A model generated the notes under the pieces. It saw nothing but the letters and a program-made list of their open reading frames with translations. It was not told the origin of the DNA and did not search any database. Below, piece by piece: positions 10,192-18,042 of a DNA stretch of 64,000 nt. The position numbers and the translations under genes were made by a program. The stretch's first letter is position 1; the number at the start of each line of letters is the position of its first letter. The stretch is from Desulfatiglandales bacterium (GTDB lineage Bacteria > Desulfobacterota > DSM-4660 > Desulfatiglandales > HGW-15), in NCBI GenBank assembly GCA_963667015.2, contig CAXXJJ010000001.1:1024001-1088000 (forward strand), written 5' to 3'.

Positions 10192-11289
10192 TTAGAAGCG
10201 TAGAACAGCTTTAAGGGTTTTTCCTGCCTCAGCGTCTGCTACGGCCTCATTGATCTTCTCAAAGGGATAATACTTGATCATCTTGTCAAAAGGCATCTTT
10301 CCCTGTTTGTAGAGATCGATCAGTATCGGTAACAGGATATCTGAAACCGCATCGCCTTCAACAATGCCGGTGATGGTACGGCCATTGAGTATACTCTGCA
10401 TATCAAGGCTTGCCCTTACGCCCATTGGAGCTGCACCTATAAGCCCGCATTTACCTCCCATACGGAGACAGTCAACGGCCTGGCTCAGTATCTCAGGAAT
10501 TGCAGTACATTCAAGACTGTAATCTGCGCCGCCGCCTGTTATCTTCCGGATCTCTTCAACAGGATCACATTTTCCCGAATTAACAAAATGGGTTGCACCG
10601 AATTGTTTTGTGTTTTTCATTTTTTCGTCACTTCTGCTGACAACGATTATCTTGGTTGCCCCGGATACAGCGGCTCCCATGATTGCACTTACACCTACTG
10701 AACCGGTTCCTCCGAAGATAGCTATTGATGTGCCGGGTTTAACCTGAAGCGAATAAAAAACACCGCCCACACCGGTCTGCAGGGCACAACCAAGAGGTCC
10801 AAGCATCTCGACAGGAACATCTTTAGGTACTTTGACGACATTACGTTCTGATACGAGCGCATACGTAGCAAATGATGACTGGCCAAAGAAAGAACCATAA
10901 ACCGTCTGATCACCCTGTTTCATATATGTGCTTCCGTCAGGACGGGTTCCAAAAAAGTTAAAGGGGAAAAAACAATCACAATGGGTTGGATGGCCTTTTG
11001 TACATGGTTCGCAGGATCCACAGGAAATATAACTCATGGCCACATGGTCACCGGGCTGAACCTTTTTTACCAGTGAACCGACTTTTTCAACAACGCCTGA
11101 GCCTTCATGACCGAACACACCGGGAAATTTTACAGGCAAATGTCCGTGCTGGGCCGTTAAATCGGTGTGACACAGTCCGCAACCTTCCATGCGTACCATT
11201 ATCTCATTATCTCTGGGCTCTTCCAGTTCTACCTCTTCAATGACAAATGGGGCGCCCGCCTCTTTTACAATAGCTGCCTTGATTTTCAT
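10192..11289 (-). CDS. Zn-dependent NAD(P) alcohol dehydrogenase (aryl-alcohol dehydrogenase-like)
   Basis: CHTD, GHEGSG, structural Zn CGSCEPC..C, FFGQSSFATY, GPLGCALQTG. Confidence 0.92.
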   Translation of the reverse strand: MKIKAAIVKEAGAPFVIEEVELEEPRDNEIMVRMEGCGLCHTDLTAQHGHLPVKFPGVFGHEGSGVVEKVGSLVKKVQPGDHVAMSYISCGSCEPCTKGHPTHCDCFFPFNFFGTRPDGSTYMKQGDQTVYGSFFGQSSFATYALVSERNVVKVPKDVPVEMLGPLGCALQTGVGGVFYSLQVKPGTSIAIFGGTGSVGVSAIMGAAVSGATKIIVVSRSDEKMKNTKQFGATHFVNSGKCDPVEEIRKITGGGADYSLECTAIPEILSQAVDCLRMGGKCGLIGAAPMGVRASLDMQSILNGRTITGIVEGDAVSDILLPILIDLYKQGKMPFDKMIKYYPFEKINEAVADAEAGKTLKAVLRF

Positions 11290-11526
11290 ACCCTTCCTCC
11301 TTTTAATAAGTACTATTAATAAATCTTTCTGATATCAAATATCTCTGGTTTTTTCCTGTTTTACTTTATATCATTCAGAAACTATTTCAGCAGGGAAATA
11401 AGCATTGATAAAAAATGCGGGTTTACTATTCTGCCGGAATGGAATCTTTGCAGGGTGATTTCTAATATCTCCCAGAGTGTAAAGCGCCTTAAGTTATTGA
11501 TAATAGGCACCTTTTAATGAGCAGTA

Positions 11527-11555
11527 ATTATATGGGGTTCGGAAATGTATGTCAA
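11527..11555 (-). promoter_or_regulatory. Consensus sigma-70 promoter for adh
   Basis: Minus strand TTGACA-tacatttccgaacccca (17 nt)-TATAAT. Confidence 0.8.
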
Positions 11556-11588
11556 TAGAAAATCGTTCATTATATAATTCTATTGACA
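11550..11588. promoter_or_regulatory. 11-bp inverted repeat (possible operator) overlapping the adh -35 box
   Basis: tgtcaatagaa-N17-ttctattgaca. Confidence 0.5.
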
Positions 11589-11796
11589 ATGGATGTTCCA
11601 ATATTGAATCTTTTTGTAAATATTTCAGGTTTTCCTCAGTGATCTCGATTTTTTTGATCTGGTTAACAGCCATATATGCATTTTTTAAAAGTGGTTTAAA
11701 TGTCTTTATATCCGGAAAGAATGTTGTTTTCAGACCTTTATTGTTACCTGTTAAATAAGGAGTATTAATTGACCTATAGAATTAAGGATAACCGCC

Positions 11797-12222
11797 ATGA
11801 TAGAAATTACCAGCGATATAAATATACCGGAGAATGAGATAACCGAGGACTTTATACGTTCGAGCGGACCTGGCGGGCAGAATGTTAACAAGGTTTCCAC
11901 TGCTGTCCAGTTAAGGTTTGATGTTAAAAACTCACCTTCATTGCCGGAGGGTGTACGAAGGCGTCTTATCAGTCTGGCCGGCAGCAGAATCACAAAGGAC
12001 GGAGTTCTGGTTATCAAGGCTGAAAGGCACCGGACAAGGGAGCAGAATCGTAAAGATGCCGTTAACCGACTGGCGGACCTGATTGTAGCCGCTGCAAAGG
12101 TGCCGAAATACAGGGTAAAAACCAGGCCTTCTCAGGCATCAAGGATCAAAAGGCTTGAGACAAAGCAGAAAAGAGGACAGCTCAAAAGAAGGCGGGGGAG
12201 GGTGTCAGTTTCAGACTACTGA
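11797..12222 (+). CDS. arfB: Alternative ribosome rescue peptidyl-tRNA hydrolase ArfB
   Basis: RSSGPGGQNVNKVSTAVQLRF; basic C-terminal tail. Confidence 0.95.
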   Translation: MIEITSDINIPENEITEDFIRSSGPGGQNVNKVSTAVQLRFDVKNSPSLPEGVRRRLISLAGSRITKDGVLVIKAERHRTREQNRKDAVNRLADLIVAAAKVPKYRVKTRPSQASRIKRLETKQKRGQLKRRRGRVSVSDY

Positions 12223-12241
12223 TTATTTCAGGGGGTAATAT

Positions 12242-13399
12242 ATGCTTATAAAAGAATGGTTTGGATTTCTTTCAAAAAAACAGAAGATAATTTTCATTTC
12301 TACAATATTATTAATGGCGTTAATCGTTGTGGCCGGATGCATCATTGCTCCCCCTTCACAGGAAAAGAAAGAGTTTGAATACAGCATTGAGATGTCCATG
12401 AAGGAGCTTGCACCGAAGCTTGGCGTAACGGGAAAGGCCCTTGCAAAGGAACTTAACCTGGCCCTGGATGCCCCAAAGGCAAAACCCCTTAAAACCCTTG
12501 GTATAACAGGTGAGCAGCTTGAGCATGTTGTTGAACATCTGCTCTCACATCTTGATGCTACTGTTAAGTATTATATCTATGGAGCCCTTTTTACTGGAGG
12601 ATTAATATACCTTTTAATTCTTGGGATTCCAGAAAATGCCCCCGCAGGAAAGAGACACTCTCATTATCCTCCCTCCATATATACCCTTTTCCTGCTTGCA
12701 TCGGTCATATTTACAGGTTTTATGCTGGGAAAATCTCCCAATCCCATGGAAGGAATCGTTAAGGTATTTAAATCAATGGTAGGGCTTTATCCTGATCCAT
12801 TTAACAAGGTAAAGGCCTTTATATTTTTCATCCTTCTCGCAATTGTCGGTAACAAGATAATATGCGGCTGGGCCTGCCCCATGGGCGCGCTTCAGGAGCT
12901 CATCTATAAGATCCCCCTGTTTAAAAGGTTAAAAAAGATAAAACTTCCCTTTATCCTTACAAATACCATAAGGGCCGGTTTTTTTATTATTGTACTGCTT
13001 TTTCTGTTCGGTATCATTGGTGCCAAAAGAGGGATGGTCATCTATCATTATATAAATCCGTTCAACCTTTTTAATCTGGAATTTGAGCTGGCAAGCATCT
13101 TTACAGCAGTGATTGTTATCATTATTTTTTCATTTATTGTCTATCGGCCCTTCTGCCAGTTTATATGTCCCTTCGGTTTTGTTTCATGGATTGCAGAGCG
13201 GGTAAGCATTTTCAGGGTAAGGATTGATAAAGAAAAATGCACAGAGTGCGGTGCCTGTATTAAGGCCTGTCCCCTTGAGGCTGCAAAGGGGAGAGTAACA
13301 GGAAGAATAGCACCGGCCGACTGTTTCAGTTGTGCCAGGTGCCTTAATATCTGCCCTGTAGATGCGATAAAATATGTTTCTGTATTTCGAAAGGATTAA
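12242..13399 (+). CDS. Membrane 4Fe-4S binding protein (NapH/MauN-like polyferredoxin)
   Basis: Multiple TM helices, CGWACPMG and FCQFICPFG, two CxxCxxCxxxCP motifs. Confidence 0.88.
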   Translation: MLIKEWFGFLSKKQKIIFISTILLMALIVVAGCIIAPPSQEKKEFEYSIEMSMKELAPKLGVTGKALAKELNLALDAPKAKPLKTLGITGEQLEHVVEHLLSHLDATVKYYIYGALFTGGLIYLLILGIPENAPAGKRHSHYPPSIYTLFLLASVIFTGFMLGKSPNPMEGIVKVFKSMVGLYPDPFNKVKAFIFFILLAIVGNKIICGWACPMGALQELIYKIPLFKRLKKIKLPFILTNTIRAGFFIIVLLFLFGIIGAKRGMVIYHYINPFNLFNLEFELASIFTAVIVIIIFSFIVYRPFCQFICPFGFVSWIAERVSIFRVRIDKEKCTECGACIKACPLEAAKGRVTGRIAPADCFSCARCLNICPVDAIKYVSVFRKD

Positions 13400-13410
13400 C
13401 TGTTTAAAAA

Positions 13411-13701
13411 ATGGATAAGGCAGAAGAAAAAGAAATCCGTATAGCGGAACAGGAAGAAAAAGAGGAAAAGAGAAAGATGTCGCCATTCGGTCACCTGTTC
13501 AGATTCTTTGGCTGGTGGTTCGGGTTTACAGGTCTTTATTCAATGTTCTCGGTTTGTCCCTTTTGCGGGCAGCAGGGTTGTCCTGTAGGCGTTGCATCCG
13601 CAGGGACGGCTGGGGCCTTTTTTGCACTTTGTCTCCAGGACTGGAAACTCCTTTTCAGGTTCTTAAAACAAAAAATGTTTAAAACTAAAAAATTATCCTG
13701 A
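13411..13701 (+). CDS. Small membrane protein with CPFCGQQGCP motif
   Basis: In operon between the polyferredoxin and the radical SAM gene; two hydrophobic segments flank the Cys motif. Confidence 0.7.
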   Translation: MDKAEEKEIRIAEQEEKEEKRKMSPFGHLFRFFGWWFGFTGLYSMFSVCPFCGQQGCPVGVASAGTAGAFFALCLQDWKLLFRFLKQKMFKTKKLS

Positions 13702-13774
13702 AGAAAGAGTCTGTTACAAAACCCAGTTATGTATTTTAAGAACCATTCCCATAAAACCAGCCCGGGAGATAAAT

Positions 13775-15070
13775 GTGACCAATATAATTAACAGCACTTA
13801 CAGTGTCTGTCCGGAATGCCTGAAAAGAATACCTGCAGTCATAACAAGGCATGGTAATGATTATTTTATCGAGAAAACCTGCCCTGACCATGGAAGTTTT
13901 TCCGCTGTGACCTGGCGGGGAGACAGCATTCCTATGGAGGAATGGGGGACTTACCAGCCACCGGCAGATGAGGATAAGCCGCCTGACTGCCCCAATGCAT
14001 GCGGACTTTGTCCCGGGCATCTGCAGAAAACCTGCTGCGCACTGATAGAGATCACAGATCGATGTAATCTGAACTGTCCCATTTGTTTTGCTCAAAGCGG
14101 AGAGGACTCTAATGACCCTGCAGTCTCGGAGATTTCGAAATGGCTAAAAGAGCTTGTAGAAAATGGGAATACCTTTGTGCATCTTTCCGGAGGTGAACCG
14201 ACTGTACGTGATGACCTGCCTGATATCGTAGCAGCTGCCAGGGATGCAGGGTGTGAAAGCATACAGTTAAATTCAAACGGGATCAGGCTTGGGCAGGACA
14301 GGGGCTTTACAAAGGCACTTGCTGAGGCTGGCCTTTCTTTTGTATTCATGCAGTTTGATGGTACTGAAGATCCCATTTACGAGAAGCTGAGGGGAAGGCC
14401 GCTTTTTGCCGAAAAACAGGCAGCAATAGAGGCCTGCGCAAAGGAACTGATCGGCGTAACCCTCGTTCCCACCCTGGTTCCGGGTGTTAACGATCATAAC
14501 ATAGGCGCAATACTGAAATTCGGTTTTGAACATTCCCCTGCAGTAAGAGGCGTTCATTTTCAGCCGGTAAGTTATTTTGGACGGTATCCCTATCCTCCTG
14601 AAGATAAGGACAGGATTACCCTCCCTGAGGTTTTATATCTGATAGAAAAGCAGACAGAGGGGAGAGTGAATATCTCGGATTTCCTACCGTCTGCATGTGA
14701 TCACCCAAGATGCGGATTTCATGGCGATTTTGTGGTCCTGCCTGAAGGGCTGATGAAGCTTACACATAAAAGCAACAGCAATGCATGCTGCAGCCCTGAC
14801 GGCACAGAACACCTTAAGAACAGGAACTTTGTTTCCAGAAGGTGGAAACGTACTGCTGTACAGAAAATGGAGAAAGACAACGGGAATGGCGTAATCAGCG
14901 ACTTTGATGTTTTTTTAAGGCAGGTCGAAACCCATGGTTTTACTATTACCGCAATGGCCTTTCAGGATGCCTATACCCTTGATATTGCGCGGTTACGAAG
15001 ATGCAGTCTGCATGTTTATAAAAACGGTAAAACAATTCCTTTCTGTTCGAGGTATCTGACAGGGTATTAA
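13775..15070 (+). CDS. trsS: Radical SAM protein of the TrsS / MJ0619-Tes-like family
   Basis: N-terminal SVCPEC...KTCPDHG, CPNACGLCPGH, CNLNCPIC, SGGEPT, MQFDG, GVHFQPVSYFGR, MAFQDA, IPFC; context matches the DVU_1553-1559-type cluster. Confidence 0.85.
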   Translation: MTNIINSTYSVCPECLKRIPAVITRHGNDYFIEKTCPDHGSFSAVTWRGDSIPMEEWGTYQPPADEDKPPDCPNACGLCPGHLQKTCCALIEITDRCNLNCPICFAQSGEDSNDPAVSEISKWLKELVENGNTFVHLSGGEPTVRDDLPDIVAAARDAGCESIQLNSNGIRLGQDRGFTKALAEAGLSFVFMQFDGTEDPIYEKLRGRPLFAEKQAAIEACAKELIGVTLVPTLVPGVNDHNIGAILKFGFEHSPAVRGVHFQPVSYFGRYPYPPEDKDRITLPEVLYLIEKQTEGRVNISDFLPSACDHPRCGFHGDFVVLPEGLMKLTHKSNSNACCSPDGTEHLKNRNFVSRRWKRTAVQKMEKDNGNGVISDFDVFLRQVETHGFTITAMAFQDAYTLDIARLRRCSLHVYKNGKTIPFCSRYLTGY

Positions 15071-15856
15071 ATGATTATGAATGACAATAATGATTCAAGG
15101 AAAATTATCTCTTCCGGCGCGGAGAACTCATGCTGTTCTCCGGAAACCGACGGCTCTACCGGGATATACAAATCAGGCTGCATGGTCTGCGGAGCCCCGC
15201 TGATCTATTACTGGAAAAACAAAGAAAGCATATGTTTTTTCTGCGGACAGTTTATGCAGGCCAATGCCGGGTGCCCTGTTGGTCATTTTGTCTGTGACCA
15301 CTGCCACAGCGCAGACGCCATAGAGATCATAAAAACCGTCTGCCTGAACAGCCGAGAGACCGATATGGTAAAGCTTATGAAGACCATACGGTGTCACCCT
15401 TTGTTCGGGATGCACGGACCGGAGCATCATTCCATGGTGCCGGCAGTTATTCTGACTGCCCTTAAAAACAGCGGGTATGAGATTTCAGATGATGAAATAT
15501 TTACTGCCATTGAGCGGGGGAAAACTGTCTGCGGCGGTGCGTGCGCATTCCTGGGTGTTTGCGGTGCCGCAATTGGTGTTGGCATTGCTTTATCTCTAGT
15601 CCTTAAAGCCGATCCCTATGATGGCGCCAAAAGACATTCTGTCCAGCAGGCTACACAGCGGGTGCTTGTAAAAATAGCATCATATAAGGCGCCGCGCTGC
15701 TGTCAGAGGGATTCATGGCTGGCATTGAGAGAGTGTGCTGCAATCCTGCAGGAAATTACAGGAAGATATCTTTCTGTTGATAGCATTGAATGTGATCAGT
15801 TTGAGGAAAATGAAGGCTGTATTTTGGGACAATGTCCGCTGTGGCCGTCACGTTAA
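15071..15856 (+). CDS. DUF5714-type Cys-rich protein (related to the C-GCAxxG-C-C family)
   Basis: CMVCGAPL, CFFCG, CPVGHFVCDHCH, MHGPEHH, GGACAFLGVCGAAIG, PRCCQRD, terminal C..C..CP. Confidence 0.8.
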   Translation: MIMNDNNDSRKIISSGAENSCCSPETDGSTGIYKSGCMVCGAPLIYYWKNKESICFFCGQFMQANAGCPVGHFVCDHCHSADAIEIIKTVCLNSRETDMVKLMKTIRCHPLFGMHGPEHHSMVPAVILTALKNSGYEISDDEIFTAIERGKTVCGGACAFLGVCGAAIGVGIALSLVLKADPYDGAKRHSVQQATQRVLVKIASYKAPRCCQRDSWLALRECAAILQEITGRYLSVDSIECDQFEENEGCILGQCPLWPSR

Positions 15857-17157
15857 TTTCTGGAATCCAGGATTTTACGTTTGATCGTCCCGGTCGTAAA
15901 AAAATTTACATCCCCTTGTTCAATATTTAAAAGGAGTTTTCCTTTTACAAATAAATAAGAAAACTCCTTTTTTATCCTTTGGGCCATGGCGCCCAGATCG
16001 ACCCCGCTGGCGGCAGGACAGACTATGATATGCAGACATTCGTATCCGTTCACGGCTTTAAGCTCCGCCCCATAGGTCAGAACTGACGGCTCTTTATACA
16101 GCGCTTCATCGAGTTGTGTTATGGAGAGCGTATTCCCGTCAGCAAGACTGACAGGCTCGGCGATCCGGCCGGTGACGCGGTCCAGACGCCGAAGGATTGT
16201 GCCGCAGGGGCAGGCCTCAGTAAGAAACCGTGCCCTGTCACCCGTCCTGTAGCGTATAAGCGGCATGCCATGCCTTGTCAGGGTAGAGAACACAACCTCA
16301 CCGTATTCTCCGTCCCGGACCTGAAGTCCGCTTTCAGGGTCAACTACCTCAAACAAAAGATCTGCCTCACGCAAATGATAACCCTCTCTGACATCACAGG
16401 CCACACCTCCGCCAAATCCAGTTTCCGTCATTCCATAATGCTCGTAAACGGCCGCACCCCATGCGCTTTCAATGGCTTTGATCGCCGAGACAGGGACATA
16501 GTCCGCACTGAGTAAAACGCTTTTTACTGCTGGCCTGCAGGAACTGTTTTCACTCAGGCGGGCAATGGATGCAATCTGAGACGGTATCCCGACGATGCAA
16601 GTAATTTTTTCGCTGATGATTGTATCCAGTGCGTGCCTGTCGTCTTTTATTGGGCCGTAGATAATACTTTTACACCCGAAACGCGCAAGGCCCTGTTTAA
16701 GCAGGTCCCCGATGCTGCCTTCAGTCTCTCCAGGCATACAGATCATGACAATATCCTGTGCGTCCGCCATTGTCGTCATGCCGTGATGAAAAAAGTCCAT
16801 GGTGAGTTCCTGATCTTCTTTAGTAAAAAAAACGCGTTTGGGAACACCGGTCGTTCCGGATGTGCCAAGGGTGACTATGCGTCCCACTTTTCGGGGAGAT
16901 ACGCACAAAAAGCTGTTCGGGCCTGATGAAATATCCTTCGGTACCGTCATGGGTAAACGGGAGATATCTCCCATATCACGGATCCCGGCGGGATCAACCT
17001 TTACCATATGTGTTTTATAAAATCGGCTGTTGTTTTTTACATGGATAAGGGTTTCACGGAATTTATCAAGCTGGTATTCCCGCAGTCTTTCCAGGTCGAG
17101 CTGTCCGGGCATACCGGTTTTACCTGCTATCCATTTATCCAGGGGTGTTATTTTCAT
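15853..17157 (-). CDS. AMP-dependent CoA ligase (phenylacetate-CoA ligase-like, DVU_1553 family)
   Basis: TSGTTGVPKR, HYGMTETG, PLIRYRTGD, CPCG, N-terminal ITPLDKWI. Confidence 0.9.
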   Translation of the reverse strand: MKITPLDKWIAGKTGMPGQLDLERLREYQLDKFRETLIHVKNNSRFYKTHMVKVDPAGIRDMGDISRLPMTVPKDISSGPNSFLCVSPRKVGRIVTLGTSGTTGVPKRVFFTKEDQELTMDFFHHGMTTMADAQDIVMICMPGETEGSIGDLLKQGLARFGCKSIIYGPIKDDRHALDTIISEKITCIVGIPSQIASIARLSENSSCRPAVKSVLLSADYVPVSAIKAIESAWGAAVYEHYGMTETGFGGGVACDVREGYHLREADLLFEVVDPESGLQVRDGEYGEVVFSTLTRHGMPLIRYRTGDRARFLTEACPCGTILRRLDRVTGRIAEPVSLADGNTLSITQLDEALYKEPSVLTYGAELKAVNGYECLHIIVCPAASGVDLGAMAQRIKKEFSYLFVKGKLLLNIEQGDVNFFTTGTIKRKILDSRN

Positions 17158-17167
17158 GAGTCTCTTA

Positions 17168-17836
17168 TCATTCCTTTATTTTCCTGGCAATGATCAGGCG
17201 GTAACAGTGATCGGATAATTTAAATCCTTTGGAAAATCTGGTACAGAGGAATCTACCTGCTTCGCAGGCCCCTCCGAATTGCTCGGATATCTCTGCGGCA
17301 TAGGTGATAAGGGCCGGCGTATGATCCTCTCCGACTTCTATGGTGAATCCGAACTCAACGAGCCGGGATTCAAGCGTTGTAAAACATGGCAGTATAGACG
17401 GGCTATGTTCGTTCTGTCTTGCAAAAAGGTCGGATATAATCAGCTTTCCATTAATCCTGAGGGCGTCGGCGCATTCAGCAAGGATCTTATCATCAAAGTT
17501 CATGACCGAAAGCGAGCACTCAAATAAAACGGCATCAAGGCTATGGGATTTTAAGGGCAGCGATTTGGAGTCCCGGAGAATAAAATTGAGGCCGGGATTT
17601 TTCTGCTGACCGATACCTATAAGCGGCTCAGATATATCAATACCGGTCATTACAAGCCCGTATCTCCGGGTCAGATACCCTGCAGTTGATCCCGCTCCGC
17701 AGCCGATATCGGCTGCCTTCATGCCCTTATGAAGCCCTGCTAGCCTTGCGGCCCGGTCAGTCAGGCGCAGCCCGCCAGGATGCATGGAGTGATCCTTAAG
17801 AAAGGAAAATTCTTCGGATTCGTAAATATTGGTCAT
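17168..17836 (-). CDS. trsM: Class I SAM-dependent methyltransferase (DVU_1556/TrsM family)
   Basis: HPGGLRLT, DIGCGAG, GIDIS, ECSLS, LIISD; likely start MTNIYES at 17836 because the track extension overlaps the upstream gene. Confidence 0.8.
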   Translation of the reverse strand: MTNIYESEEFSFLKDHSMHPGGLRLTDRAARLAGLHKGMKAADIGCGAGSTAGYLTRRYGLVMTGIDISEPLIGIGQQKNPGLNFILRDSKSLPLKSHSLDAVLFECSLSVMNFDDKILAECADALRINGKLIISDLFARQNEHSPSILPCFTTLESRLVEFGFTIEVGEDHTPALITYAAEISEQFGGACEAGRFLCTRFSKGFKLSDHCYRLIIARKIKE

Positions 17837-17843
17837 TTGAACA

Positions 17844-18038
17844 TCATTTATCTTCCAGTTGTGCTTCCACCTCTGCCATACGGCCTTCGGCCAAGTCCTT
17901 TGGAATAAGACCGTTGCCGCACTTGGGGCATCGCATGATTTCATGGGAGAATGTGTGTCCAAGATATGAGAACAGCATTTTCTTCAGCACGAGTTCTTTA
18001 TCACATTTTGCGCATTTCCAGGATCTGTTCGACTCCAA
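17844..18038 (-). CDS. Small zinc-ribbon redox protein (DVU_1557 family)
   Basis: WKCAKC...YLGH.F....RCPKCG...LAEGRMAEVE.QLEDK; TTG start after GGAGG. Confidence 0.85.
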   Translation of the reverse strand: MESNRSWKCAKCDKELVLKKMLFSYLGHTFSHEIMRCPKCGNGLIPKDLAEGRMAEVEAQLEDK

Positions 18039-18042
18039 GATC

